Positions 54,550 to 63,468 of a stretch of DNA of 64,000 nucleotides are shown here, piece by piece. The position numbers were made by a program, and so were the translations under genes. Within the stretch, counting starts at the first letter, position 1. The number at the start of each line of letters is the position of its first letter. Source of the DNA: a virus; IMG/VR virus record IMGVR_UViG_3300030042_000123, positions 6,941-70,940 of that record; one strand, 5' to 3'. A model generated the notes under the pieces. That model worked only from the letters and a program-made list of their open reading frames with translations. It ran no database searches and was not told the DNA's origin.

Positions 54550-55456
54550 TTTGTGCCTCCTTGAATTTCTTGAGATAATTCTGCAACATGACGAGAAGCT
54601 CCATGTGTTCCACCATCATGTCAAATGCCGTGAGTTTATCGAGACGGAACCAGCGAACATCCTTCACGTCGTCCTTCGCCACGGCCCCCATGTTACTGAC
54701 ACGTCCTGCGTAGAATGCGGTCAGCACGCTGCGGTCGGCAACACGGTAACGCCAGTCGTCGATGATGGCGGACCCGATGTACTCTTGGTCAATCAGGTCG
54801 CAGCCCGTCTCTTCAATGGCTTCGAGCCGAGCGTTCTTTTCGATGTTGCCCTTTCGAGCTTCAACGTGCCCGCCTGCGAATCGCCATTTGTTTTCACCGG
54901 GCTTTTGAGCGAGAAGAACCTCGCTACGGTCATAGCTCAGGATGGCGATATCGACCATCATAAGCGTTACAGGCCACAGATGGTGAATAGCGTAGATCAT
55001 GCCCGCACGGAAATCGGAAGATTCGAGCACCTTATCAGAATGTTCCTTGCGGTTAGCCGTTGCACTAATGGAGGCATCAACGGAGAGAGCCAATTCAACA
55101 GGCTTGAATCTGCCGTGGTAGTGCGGGACAAAAGAGTCGCGTCCGCCGTACAGTGTAACGTCGGCGAAATCGGCACACGAGGAAATGGCGTAATCCAGTT
55201 GCTCGCTCCAAGACTCATCGTCTCGGGTATCGCGGAGTGGGAGCACGATGAACTCGGGGAATTTGGCTTGGATCATAGCCTTCCGCGTCGGGAAGTCCAG
55301 AGGGTGGTTCTGTGTGAGACTTGCGGGTGCCACACCGACGAACACGATTACAGTTTTGTGATTCCGTCGAACCTGACGGAATAGCTCCATGTGCCCTTCG
55401 GTTAAATCGGTGACTTGGAACCGTCCGACGATGACGCCGTAGCTCGGTTTAATCAC
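54515..55456 (-). CDS. nadM: Bifunctional NMN adenylyltransferase / Nudix hydrolase (NadM-Nudix, NatV-like)
   Basis: IVGRFQ...LTEGH, NHPLDF..RKAMI, YGGRDSF, SATANR, DFRAGMIY; Nudix box GGHVE......ARLEAIEETG. Confidence 0.92.
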   Translation of the reverse strand: MIKPSYGVIVGRFQVTDLTEGHMELFRQVRRNHKTVIVFVGVAPASLTQNHPLDFPTRKAMIQAKFPEFIVLPLRDTRDDESWSEQLDYAISSCADFADVTLYGGRDSFVPHYHGRFKPVELALSVDASISATANRKEHSDKVLESSDFRAGMIYAIHHLWPVTLMMVDIAILSYDRSEVLLAQKPGENKWRFAGGHVEARKGNIEKNARLEAIEETGCDLIDQEYIGSAIIDDWRYRVADRSVLTAFYAGRVSNMGAVAKDDVKDVRWFRLDKLTAFDMMVEHMELLVMLQNYLKKFKEAQNATSIQTASTT

Positions 55457-55776
55457 TTTGTTGGCTCCTGTTCTTTTGATGCTTTCAGGTCGGCGAGAGG
55501 CACATTTTCTTTCACGCCGAATCGCGGTTTACGGTTGGCCTTGTGCATTTCTGTGTTGCGTATAAGGCAGGTCTCGGCTTCGAGTATGGTGACGGAGCCG
55601 ATCATCTCGTGAGCAATCTGACGGAGAGGGTAACCTTCCACCAGATACTTTTCCATGATCGGTCTGAGAGCACTTAGGGATTCGTCAAAGAGGCGGTTGC
55701 CTTCCTCGGTGCTCACTTCCCAATCATTATAGAGACTTCGGTTTGGTACTTTCGCTTCCATTGAGTGCGTCCTCAA
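55453..55776 (-). CDS. Hypothetical protein
   Basis: Operon-like packing (ATGA overlap). Confidence 0.6.
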   Translation of the reverse strand: MRTHSMEAKVPNRSLYNDWEVSTEEGNRLFDESLSALRPIMEKYLVEGYPLRQIAHEMIGSVTILEAETCLIRNTEMHKANRKPRFGVKENVPLADLKASKEQEPTK

Positions 55777-55924
55777 TCACTTTCATGCGGCGTTGCTGCT
55801 CCGCGTTCGACAGGAAATTTGGCATTCGCACGCTCATTCTACCGTCTGGCGTGTCCATGTAAAACTCGGTCGTCCACCGTTCGGTGTCCATGACCTGTTC
55901 AGCCTGCGTGTAGCCTTTAGCCAT
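55727..55924 (-). CDS. Small hypothetical protein
   Basis: Operon-like packing. Confidence 0.5.
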   Translation of the reverse strand: MAKGYTQAEQVMDTERWTTEFYMDTPDGRMSVRMPNFLSNAEQQRRMKVIEDALNGSESTKPKSL

Positions 55925-56153
55925 TAGGGAAGAGTTCCTTCTCCAAGTCTGATGCGACGATGGGGTTGTTCAGGCGAAACGAACAGACCGAATCCCACCG
56001 TTCTTGCAGGATGATGGCCTGTTTCCGCTTAAACTCTGGCAACCCGTTTTCGTATTTCAGACCATGGAGAAAATTCGCCATCTGAGTTCCGATGAAATCG
56101 AGACGGCTGACCTGCGAGCGTTTCGCCCGCTTCTTAGCGACGGCTGTTGGCAT
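55917..56153 (-). CDS. Small hypothetical protein
   Basis: GGAGGGG RBS downstream of a class-1 promoter. Confidence 0.65.
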   Translation of the reverse strand: MPTAVAKKRAKRSQVSRLDFIGTQMANFLHGLKYENGLPEFKRKQAIILQERWDSVCSFRLNNPIVASDLEKELFPNG

Positions 56154-56171
56154 TGTACCCCTCCGTAGACT

Positions 56172-56207
56172 ATTCTACCTAGTGTACACTGATTTCGGCT
56201 AGGAATC
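56172..56207 (-). promoter_or_regulatory. Class-1 phage promoter (copy 4), heading the NAD-salvage operon
   Basis: GATTCCTAGC-N18-GGTAGAAT. Confidence 0.8.
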
Positions 56208-59118
56208 TAGAGGGTTTTAGCATAATTACGTTGGGGGAGTCGGGCTGCTGGTACATGGCGGGGACGCACAAATTGAGGTAGTCCCGTGCCCGCGTGCAAG
56301 CTACGTAAAACAAACGTCTTTCTTCTTCAATCTCGTCCTCAGACCCCATGGAGAACTTGTGGGGAAGGGAGCTTTCCACGACGTTTGCCACGTAGACCCG
56401 CTTCCATTCGAGCCCCTTGGCGCTGTGGATAGTGCTGATGGTGACCGCGCCTGACTCGTCATCATCCTTCGGGCGATCAAGCGTAAGCTGGAAAATAATG
56501 TCCTCGGCGGTCATCTTGTTGTCGGCGACCATCCCCTCAAGAAGCTGGGCGAACCGATCCAAATTTTCGAGTTTGGTTTTAACCTTGTTGCTGTCTCTTT
56601 TGTACTTCTCGGCAAGGTAGGTCGTATACTGGGTCAGGGCGAGCGTCCGTTCCAGCATAGCAACTGGGTCTTCACCAAACTGGGATATGAGCCTGACGAT
56701 CCCGCCGAACGATGCTATCTTGGCGTTCTTGTCGCCCTCCGCTGCGGCGATCAGATCACCATCATGTTTGTCGTTGGCGATGGCACGAATCTTTTCCAAT
56801 GCCACTTCGCCACACCCCCTACGCGGCACGCTTGCAGCCCGCACGAATGCCATGAAATCCCTATGGTTGGTCGCCAGCCTCATATACGACAGTACGTCTC
56901 GCACTTCTTCGGTCTGCAAAAGCCCCCGCCCGCCGCGCACGACATACGGGATTTTGCGTCTCACCAACTCAGCTTCAATGTCACGAATCTGAATCGCCGC
57001 CCGAACTAAGATGCAGTTCTCACGGTAGGAGATCGGCCTAGCCGCCGACTCTCGGGGTTTTACCCCATTGGCAACAGAAGCGGCGTCACGCAGGAACTTC
57101 TCGTTGTCCTTGTAGATTTCAATGGCGATCTCGGATGCAATGTCTCGCGACATCGTACCCCGGATGATCTCGATTTTGCCCTTCTCCCCGTTCAAACCAC
57201 GCCAACTTTCCATCTTGAGCGGGATGGTACGGGTCATCTTGTTCTGAATCGCATTCGCCATGTCCACGATTTTTTGACCGCTGCGGTGGTTACGGGCAAT
57301 TCGATATAGCTTGGGCTGAACGCCCCGCCAGTTCTCGCTGAAGTCCTTCAGGATTTGCGGCACGGCACCGTTGAACCCGTAGATCGAGTTCCCCACTACG
57401 ATGCCGTCTACAACGTAAGTATGGTCTTTTTCAACGTCCAGCGAATACACCAGTCCTTCGTATGGCATTTGCGGCATGACGAGTATTGGGGTTGACTGAT
57501 TATTTCCTTCGATAGGAACGTAGACTTGAAGACCCGCACGAACTAAAATCTGAACGTTTGCGGCTGCGGTTTTGAAGTACCCCCGCCAGTTATGGTTGTA
57601 CTGACGTTGGTTTTCCGACCACCGCACCATGGAAGGACACTCCCATAGCAAGCGGAATGCTTTCAAACACGCCCAACCACTGCCGCCCTTTCCTTCTCGC
57701 CGACGATCCTCAAAAGGCAGAACAGCCGTGAGTGAACCACTTGTTGGAGATGACGCTTCTACGGTCGCAGTTTGTAGACTCTGAAAAATATCGAGACGCT
57801 CTAAATCAGCCTCGAAACATGTCTGAGGGATTCCGTAATAACACGAAACGATCTCTTCAAGTTTCCGCGCTTCTCTCTTAGAGTCCTTAACCGCGAGTAC
57901 CCAACCTTTATCAGCTTTCTCCTGACGCATCCGAGCCGTCAATCCGAAAGCATGATTGTTGCGCTTCAACTTCGCCATACCGACTCTGAAACCGAAGTTT
58001 TCACGCCACATGAGATAGACGATGTATTTACCACTCGTCTCCGAACCGAGACGTACCCACAATTGATGATTGGGAGTGACACGGGTCTGCTTTCCGTCCC
58101 CAGTGCAGACCTTAAGAAGAATTCCTTTGTATGGTCTAGATGCGACCTTAATCTTCCTACCGATTTTATAGGTTCGTTGGTCTTTCCGTGTCCATGATTC
58201 CGCCAATTCACCATCAACTAGCGTCGAAATGTCTTTTTCCACCCACTCAGAAGGCGTCCAAGGTTTTCCATATCCGTTCGGTTTATGCCCAGATACTTTG
58301 ATTTTCACCACTGAACCGGGAGGTTGACATTGGCTCATGTCGCCGACGACGTAGATGTTCATGTTGCTGGGGGCAAGCAGCGAGTTGACGAACTCCCACT
58401 GTACGGGGTTCGTATCCTGAGCTTCATCCATCAGGACGTGATCCCACATCGCTTGAATAGCCCCACGCCACTTCGCGTCCCTGCGGAATCGTCGCACAGT
58501 CAGGTGCAACATGTCGTCGAAATCCACGACCGAATTCCGAGCCTTTTCCTCTTCGTACAGTTTCCACAGACACAATTCGGTCTCACCCATCGCATGGTAG
58601 CCGCCGTGCATTACCTCGGCTTCCGCTGCGATCTCTTCCGTGTAGTCACTCATGAAACCAACACCACGGGCTCGGTGAAATGAGATGTTCTCCAAGACAC
58701 GCCACGGATTGGTGTCCGTGATCTTGCCCCGCTCGATGATCTTCTTCATCATCTGGCTCTGATCGTAATCGTCGAGTGGGGATACCCTGTCTTTTAATTC
58801 GCATTCGCCCTCGACACTAAAGGCTGGCGGATTCTTACGGATGGCACCCAGAGCGAGGGAGTGGATTGTCGAGACACGGGGGTTCAGAAGCGGGGTATCG
58901 TTTGTATCGAGCCCCAAGCGGGTTAGGAGTTCGCCTGCGGCTTTGTTGGTAAACGTCACCGCGCAAATACGCTTTGGGACGACGCCCTTTTTATCCATCA
59001 AATGGCGAACACGCTCGGTGAGCACGCGAGTCTTGCCGCTGCCCGCGCCTGCGATCAAGCAAGCGGGTTCGTTGAGCGGATGTTCGACCGCGAGCGTCTG
59101 TTCTTCATTTAGCTGCAT
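56179..59118 (-). CDS. uvrD: UvrD/Rep/PcrA-family helicase containing an intein
   Basis: IAGAGSGKT, VTFTNKAA, TIHSL, DFDDML, MDEAQD, GDMSQ|SIYGFNGA, NHRS, STIHSAKGLEW, EEERRLFYVACTRA. Confidence 0.93.
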   Translation of the reverse strand: MQLNEEQTLAVEHPLNEPACLIAGAGSGKTRVLTERVRHLMDKKGVVPKRICAVTFTNKAAGELLTRLGLDTNDTPLLNPRVSTIHSLALGAIRKNPPAFSVEGECELKDRVSPLDDYDQSQMMKKIIERGKITDTNPWRVLENISFHRARGVGFMSDYTEEIAAEAEVMHGGYHAMGETELCLWKLYEEEKARNSVVDFDDMLHLTVRRFRRDAKWRGAIQAMWDHVLMDEAQDTNPVQWEFVNSLLAPSNMNIYVVGDMSQCQPPGSVVKIKVSGHKPNGYGKPWTPSEWVEKDISTLVDGELAESWTRKDQRTYKIGRKIKVASRPYKGILLKVCTGDGKQTRVTPNHQLWVRLGSETSGKYIVYLMWRENFGFRVGMAKLKRNNHAFGLTARMRQEKADKGWVLAVKDSKREARKLEEIVSCYYGIPQTCFEADLERLDIFQSLQTATVEASSPTSGSLTAVLPFEDRRREGKGGSGWACLKAFRLLWECPSMVRWSENQRQYNHNWRGYFKTAAANVQILVRAGLQVYVPIEGNNQSTPILVMPQMPYEGLVYSLDVEKDHTYVVDGIVVGNSIYGFNGAVPQILKDFSENWRGVQPKLYRIARNHRSGQKIVDMANAIQNKMTRTIPLKMESWRGLNGEKGKIEIIRGTMSRDIASEIAIEIYKDNEKFLRDAASVANGVKPRESAARPISYRENCILVRAAIQIRDIEAELVRRKIPYVVRGGRGLLQTEEVRDVLSYMRLATNHRDFMAFVRAASVPRRGCGEVALEKIRAIANDKHDGDLIAAAEGDKNAKIASFGGIVRLISQFGEDPVAMLERTLALTQYTTYLAEKYKRDSNKVKTKLENLDRFAQLLEGMVADNKMTAEDIIFQLTLDRPKDDDESGAVTISTIHSAKGLEWKRVYVANVVESSLPHKFSMGSEDEIEEERRLFYVACTRARDYLNLCVPAMYQQPDSPNVIMLKPSRFLAEISVH
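57388..58329 (-). mobile_element. Intein (314 aa) in helicase motif III with a putative GIY-YIG-like endonuclease
   Basis: Starts CQPPGS after GDMSQ; block B TPNH; ends VYSLDVEKDHTYVVDGIVVGN followed by Ser; central YIVYLM...FRVG. Confidence 0.9.
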
Positions 59119-59327
59119 TTTAGGGCGTAGTAATTTGGGTCGGTTTGCTCTTCTTCGGACAGCTTATCAATCTCCCATCGGCCACGCGGGTCGGTGCCAA
59201 GAAGTCCACGGTTAGCCGCACGGATGATTTCACGGTCGGCGGGGGTGAATGACGCATAGCGACTCATGATGTCCAGAATGGTCATCAGGGCTTGGCGGGG
59301 TTCTTCTACTTCGGATTCGCGAATCAT
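59109..59327 (-). CDS. Small hypothetical protein
   Basis: ATGA overlap; GGAG RBS. Confidence 0.6.
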   Translation of the reverse strand: MIRESEVEEPRQALMTILDIMSRYASFTPADREIIRAANRGLLGTDPRGRWEIDKLSEEEQTDPNYYALKCS

Positions 59328-60115
59328 GATCTCCTCCAGAGAATGGCCGTCACGTTGTCACCCGTAGGGATGCTGACGGCGTAATCGACGAGTTCCTTGG
59401 CGTTGACATCCTGCTCTTCGATCATCTTAACGATATCGAGGAGCATCTGCACTCCAGATTCATCGTGCCCCGGGGATAGCAACCCGTCCGATCCTACCAG
59501 AACCCACCCACCCAAATCAACCGTATAGACCTCAGGCTGGCGGCAGAGAATCTTACCCAGATCGCGGTCACCGAAAGCACGGCTCATCTGCAACCCATGC
59601 CCCTCAGGGCCGTAGCAGATGTAGCCGTTCTGGGAATAGTACCCGCCGCGTGCCTGAGCCGCTGCACGTTCCGCCATGTTAGTGCGGACGTTGTGTTCAG
59701 GGCTGACATGAAATGTCCCATCTGGTTGCTGCACGATCACCGGGGAATCGCCGAGGATGGCTACGTGGACCTTGGTTTCTTTCCCCGTGTTAGCCTTGGG
59801 GATGAAGGCAATGCTCATGGTAGACCCGCACTCCATGTTGGAAGTAAGCATGTCGAATTTGTCGAAGAGTTCCTTGAACAGAAAATCGGGACTCTTCTCG
59901 GGGGAGAAGACAGAATCCCAAACCTCGCAGAACTTGCTCTCCAGTTCGATAGCGCACGCTGCGTCACCATGACCGTCCATAACGACCATTATGAGGCCCT
60001 CTTCGGCAGAGATCATCAGATGGCGGTCTTCCTGATAGCCGCGCATTCCTTTATTCGCGGCACCCGTCAACACCAGAGGGCGGTTAACCGCCTGTTTGCT
60101 CTTACGCTTACTCAT
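59324..60115 (-). CDS. PP2C-family (PPM) Ser/Thr phosphatase
   Basis: QEDR, VMDGHG, LGDS, MSRAFGD, GSDGL, GDNVT. Confidence 0.9.
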   Translation of the reverse strand: MSKRKSKQAVNRPLVLTGAANKGMRGYQEDRHLMISAEEGLIMVVMDGHGDAACAIELESKFCEVWDSVFSPEKSPDFLFKELFDKFDMLTSNMECGSTMSIAFIPKANTGKETKVHVAILGDSPVIVQQPDGTFHVSPEHNVRTNMAERAAAQARGGYYSQNGYICYGPEGHGLQMSRAFGDRDLGKILCRQPEVYTVDLGGWVLVGSDGLLSPGHDESGVQMLLDIVKMIEEQDVNAKELVDYAVSIPTGDNVTAILWRRS

Positions 60116-60729
60116 TAGTCTCTCTTTTTCTTCATGCTGGCGAGCTTCTTGGAAATGAGTTTGATTTCCTTTAGCTCTTTTGCGTGAGCGGCATTAGCTT
60201 CGTCACAGACGTGGCACGGCTTGCCGCATTGATTCTTGGGGTCTTTCTGGTGCTCAGCAAATCGGACTTCCATCTCAGCAACCATCTTGCAGGCTTCGCA
60301 GCACTTGGAGATGTCTTCCTTGGTGCCAGCGTTAGGATTTCCCTCTTTACGCCAGACATCGTGCTCCCGCTTGAGCTTGCGATTGTACGTCATCCAGTCG
60401 GGATAATCCTTGGGGACGAATGGAACCTCGCCCGCAGCCTCTAGAGCCAGCAGGAAATAGCGCATCTCCGACGTGTTCGCCATGGCCTCGACGCGGCTGT
60501 GGCACGGGCAACCGCAATCATTCACGTCTGGGTTGTTGAAATAGGTGATACAGCAAGCGCAATCGTAAGCCCCGCCCCACTCACTGTCGGCGGAATTGCC
60601 CTTCCAGCAGAATATCCAACGCCACTTGTGGTTGTGCAGAATCTTTTCGAGGATTAAGCCTTGCTTGGTCCGGTTTCTCACGCGGTAGCTCCTATATTCC
60701 AATACTGGATTTGCAGGCTCATTACGCAC
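60115..60729 (-). CDS. Cys-rich hypothetical protein
   Basis: CACC, CGCPCH, CCEAC, CGKPCHVC; stop/start overlap. Confidence 0.55.
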   Translation of the reverse strand: MRNEPANPVLEYRSYRVRNRTKQGLILEKILHNHKWRWIFCWKGNSADSEWGGAYDCACCITYFNNPDVNDCGCPCHSRVEAMANTSEMRYFLLALEAAGEVPFVPKDYPDWMTYNRKLKREHDVWRKEGNPNAGTKEDISKCCEACKMVAEMEVRFAEHQKDPKNQCGKPCHVCDEANAAHAKELKEIKLISKKLASMKKKRD

Positions 60730-60950
60730 AGATTTTCAGGTAGGCCGAACTCCCCTCCACGGGTCATATACGCCACGGTCGCCAGAACGTGCCGCCCCGT
60801 ATGCCGCCCCGTTTTCGGGTCCCACTCCAGCAGCATCAACTCGTCGCCCTCTTGAAAGTTGCGGTCGTTGACTCGAAGTTCGTACCGTTTGCTACCTGCG
60901 AGGATGGCACAGAACTGCTTCGGCCAAGTTTTCAGGTCGTGTCGTTGCAT
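60678..60950 (-). CDS. DUF3850/ASCH-domain protein, leaderless
   Basis: HDLKTWP..F.AIL.G.K.YELRVNDRNFQEGD.L.L.EWD....TGR; GTATTAT 5 nt before ATG. Confidence 0.88.
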   Translation of the reverse strand: MQRHDLKTWPKQFCAILAGSKRYELRVNDRNFQEGDELMLLEWDPKTGRHTGRHVLATVAYMTRGGEFGLPENLCVMSLQIQYWNIGATA

Positions 60951-60966
60951 AGTTGATAATACCACA

Positions 60967-60999
60967 AAAGTAAACCCCCCGCCGAAGCTGGCGGGGGGT
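60967..60999 (-). terminator. Rho-independent terminator
   Basis: CCCCCCGCC-N6-GGCGGGGGG followed by TTTACTTTT. Confidence 0.8.
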
Positions 61000-61019
61000 C
61001 GGGGAGGACTGTGACTCGG

Positions 61020-61793
61020 TTAGTTCCCGTCGAACATCTTGCTGCAAGCGGCTTTCATGATCTCGCAGTTTTGATCGAGGATCGGCTTGCCGTCCGGCCC
61101 GATTACCGGGTTCTGGCACGCCGCAGGAATTTCTTTGAGGCAGGAATTCACGTCGCCGTACAGGACCGCAAGCTGCGCTCGGATTGCCTTTTCTCTGGCG
61201 AGGTTGGCGTCGTAGTCGGCTTTGAGTTGCGTCATGTCCGCCTTCCACTGCGCGATGTTGGTCTGGTTGTTCTGCCAGATTTGATCCAGCTTGGATTTGG
61301 TCGCGTCAAGATTCGGACGCTGCTGATCCAGTCTGGCGTTCGCTTGGTCAATCTGAGACTGAGCCTGAGCTAACTGTGCTTTGTTGGCATCCAACTGATT
61401 CGCCTCTGCGTTGTACCCGGCGCACGAACCGTCATGGTTATACTCGATGCACTGGTGAGAGTTGTGCTGTGCCAAACGCTCTTGGTAGTTCTGGATCGAC
61501 GGGTTCAGCAACTCTTGCTGGCGGTTGGCCTCGCCCTGCTGTTGGTTGAAGGTGTTGAGGTCTTGCGTGTACTGATCGTTGTACTTGGTGTAGGCGTCCA
61601 CCGCGAACTTGATCTCGTCCTTTTTCTCGGTCAGGGCGTCGTACCGCTTCTCCATCGGCACATAAGCCTGCTGAACGTTGCTCAGTTCATCCTTGAGACT
61701 GGCGATCTGGGCGGACTTGTCTTGAGCGAACAAAGATACTGAGAGCAGAAGAACTGCGAGGAGCAAAAACGACTTGGTTTTCATGGTTTCCAT
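61020..61793 (-). CDS. Secreted coiled-coil protein
   Basis: Signal peptide MKTKSFLLLAVLLLSVSLFA|Q; long Gln/Asn-rich heptads; paired Cys. Confidence 0.75.
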   Translation of the reverse strand: METMKTKSFLLLAVLLLSVSLFAQDKSAQIASLKDELSNVQQAYVPMEKRYDALTEKKDEIKFAVDAYTKYNDQYTQDLNTFNQQQGEANRQQELLNPSIQNYQERLAQHNSHQCIEYNHDGSCAGYNAEANQLDANKAQLAQAQSQIDQANARLDQQRPNLDATKSKLDQIWQNNQTNIAQWKADMTQLKADYDANLAREKAIRAQLAVLYGDVNSCLKEIPAACQNPVIGPDGKPILDQNCEIMKAACSKMFDGN

Positions 61794-61843
61794 TCTGCTC
61801 TTAGATTTAAGGGGTGGAATGAGCAATTCCGCCCCCTATGGAC

Positions 61844-63364
61844 TTAGTTCGACGAAGGAACCAGCGTGATCTCGACGGTGCGAGTATCGCCGCTGCCGAC
61901 TTCGGTCTTGAGCTTACCCGAAGGTACGCCACTCGTGATGAACTGCTGTTTCACGCGGTTCGCACGGGTTACAGGCAGGAGAGCATCTTCCGAGGGGTTC
62001 TTGTTCCCACGAAGGACGATCACATACCCGGGGTGGAGTTTCAATTCCGCCACAGCCGCAGCGATCATTTCCTTGCAGACCGATGTCGGCCGCGAAGGAT
62101 CGACGATAGCCGCATCGCCGCCCTTAGGCACGCACTGAGTCTTGCTGGCGAAGGTGCAGATGCCAACAGGGATGCTCTCAGTGATGACGGGGGTCGCTAC
62201 TACAGGCACCGCCACTGGAGCCGCTGTCGGCTGCTGTGGGATCACGATGAACGTCGGCTGCGGAGCCACTGGAGGAGCGGGCGGTACGACAACTGGAGGA
62301 GCATCGATCATCTCGTGCGCCATGCAGTCTTCCACCGTAACATCAGCGTCCTTAGCGATACGCTTAGAGGCGGCAACTTTGACCTTGCAGCCAGCCAATC
62401 GTTCGTTCATGGAGTCGAAAGAACGAGCCAGTTCGAGCATTTGGCAGTTCTTGTCAACCTTGCTGCCGCCGAGGGCGAAGCCGAACGCCGCACCCTGTCC
62501 ACCCGCCTCGTAGCCCTTCAAACAGGGCGACGTTGGGATGGTCGTCGGAGCATACGCCGTGGGCACCGGAATCTTCGGGGCCGCGATGTTGTTCGTGGTG
62601 TTGTTCGAGTTGCTGCCGTTGCCGTTCGCTTGGTTTGAAGCGGACGACTGATTGGCATTGGTCGAAGAGTTCGATTGCGTCTGGTTGGACGAAGCCGAAG
62701 TCTGGTTGTTCGAACCGTTACCGTTGGCGTTGGACGTACCGCCGTTCGCGGTATTGGTATTCGTGTTGGACGAGTTGCCCGAGTTCGACAACTTGTTCGT
62801 GGACGTAATCACTGGAGCCACGGTCGTGTTCACGTTGTTCGTGTTCTTGACCGTAGAGTTGCCCGAGCCGCTTACTGAGCCGCCCGCTCCACCTGCACCG
62901 CCAGCCCCACCCGCACCACCTGTCGCGGAAGAGTTGCCGCTGTTGGACACGCCAGACTTGGACGAAGAATTTCCGCCTGTGGCGTTTCCACCAGTGGCAG
63001 TGCTGGACGAAGAACCGCCGTTAGCGGTCTGTCCCTGTGACTGTCCCTGTCCCTGAGACTGACCCTGAGTCTGTCCCTGTTGGTTGGTGTTGTTGTTGGT
63101 GTTGGAATTCGTGTTCGTATTCGTGGTCGAAGACCCGCCGCCCGTGGTCTTCTTGGGCACCGTGCAAACGTAGTAGTCGCCCTTGATACCTTCCGAACCT
63201 GTACCGAGGAACCACTGACCATCACCGTCACCAGCCGAGCCGCCCGGATTGACTGGGCCTACGTCAACACGCGATGCCAGAGGATCGGAACAATTCCACG
63301 CGAACGCGGAAGCAGAGAGGAGGATGGTTACGACGAAGGCGAGAGAGAAACGCTTGAGATTCAT
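61844..63364 (-). CDS. Secreted low-complexity protein with OmpA-like C-terminal domain
   Basis: Signal peptide (..SASAFA|W); about 200 aa N/S/G/T/Q low-complexity tract; C-terminal VTRANRVKQQFITSGVP is OmpA-like. Confidence 0.65.
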   Translation of the reverse strand: MNLKRFSLAFVVTILLSASAFAWNCSDPLASRVDVGPVNPGGSAGDGDGQWFLGTGSEGIKGDYYVCTVPKKTTGGGSSTTNTNTNSNTNNNTNQQGQTQGQSQGQGQSQGQTANGGSSSSTATGGNATGGNSSSKSGVSNSGNSSATGGAGGAGGAGGAGGSVSGSGNSTVKNTNNVNTTVAPVITSTNKLSNSGNSSNTNTNTANGGTSNANGNGSNNQTSASSNQTQSNSSTNANQSSASNQANGNGSNSNNTTNNIAAPKIPVPTAYAPTTIPTSPCLKGYEAGGQGAAFGFALGGSKVDKNCQMLELARSFDSMNERLAGCKVKVAASKRIAKDADVTVEDCMAHEMIDAPPVVVPPAPPVAPQPTFIVIPQQPTAAPVAVPVVATPVITESIPVGICTFASKTQCVPKGGDAAIVDPSRPTSVCKEMIAAAVAELKLHPGYVIVLRGNKNPSEDALLPVTRANRVKQQFITSGVPSGKLKTEVGSGDTRTVEITLVPSSN

Positions 63365-63468
63365 ATTCTTTTCCTTTTCCTTTTCAAATTACGGTGGTTA
63401 CAATGAATATATTACTGCTGGTTGTGTAATTCCACTATAGCACGTTAGTGGGGTGGACAACAAATCAC

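Noticed and set aside
57511-57518. Sixth copy of the TTCCTATC box inside the intein
   Set aside because: No TA(T/G)AAT 20 nt downstream (CCCAAT instead); treated as chance.
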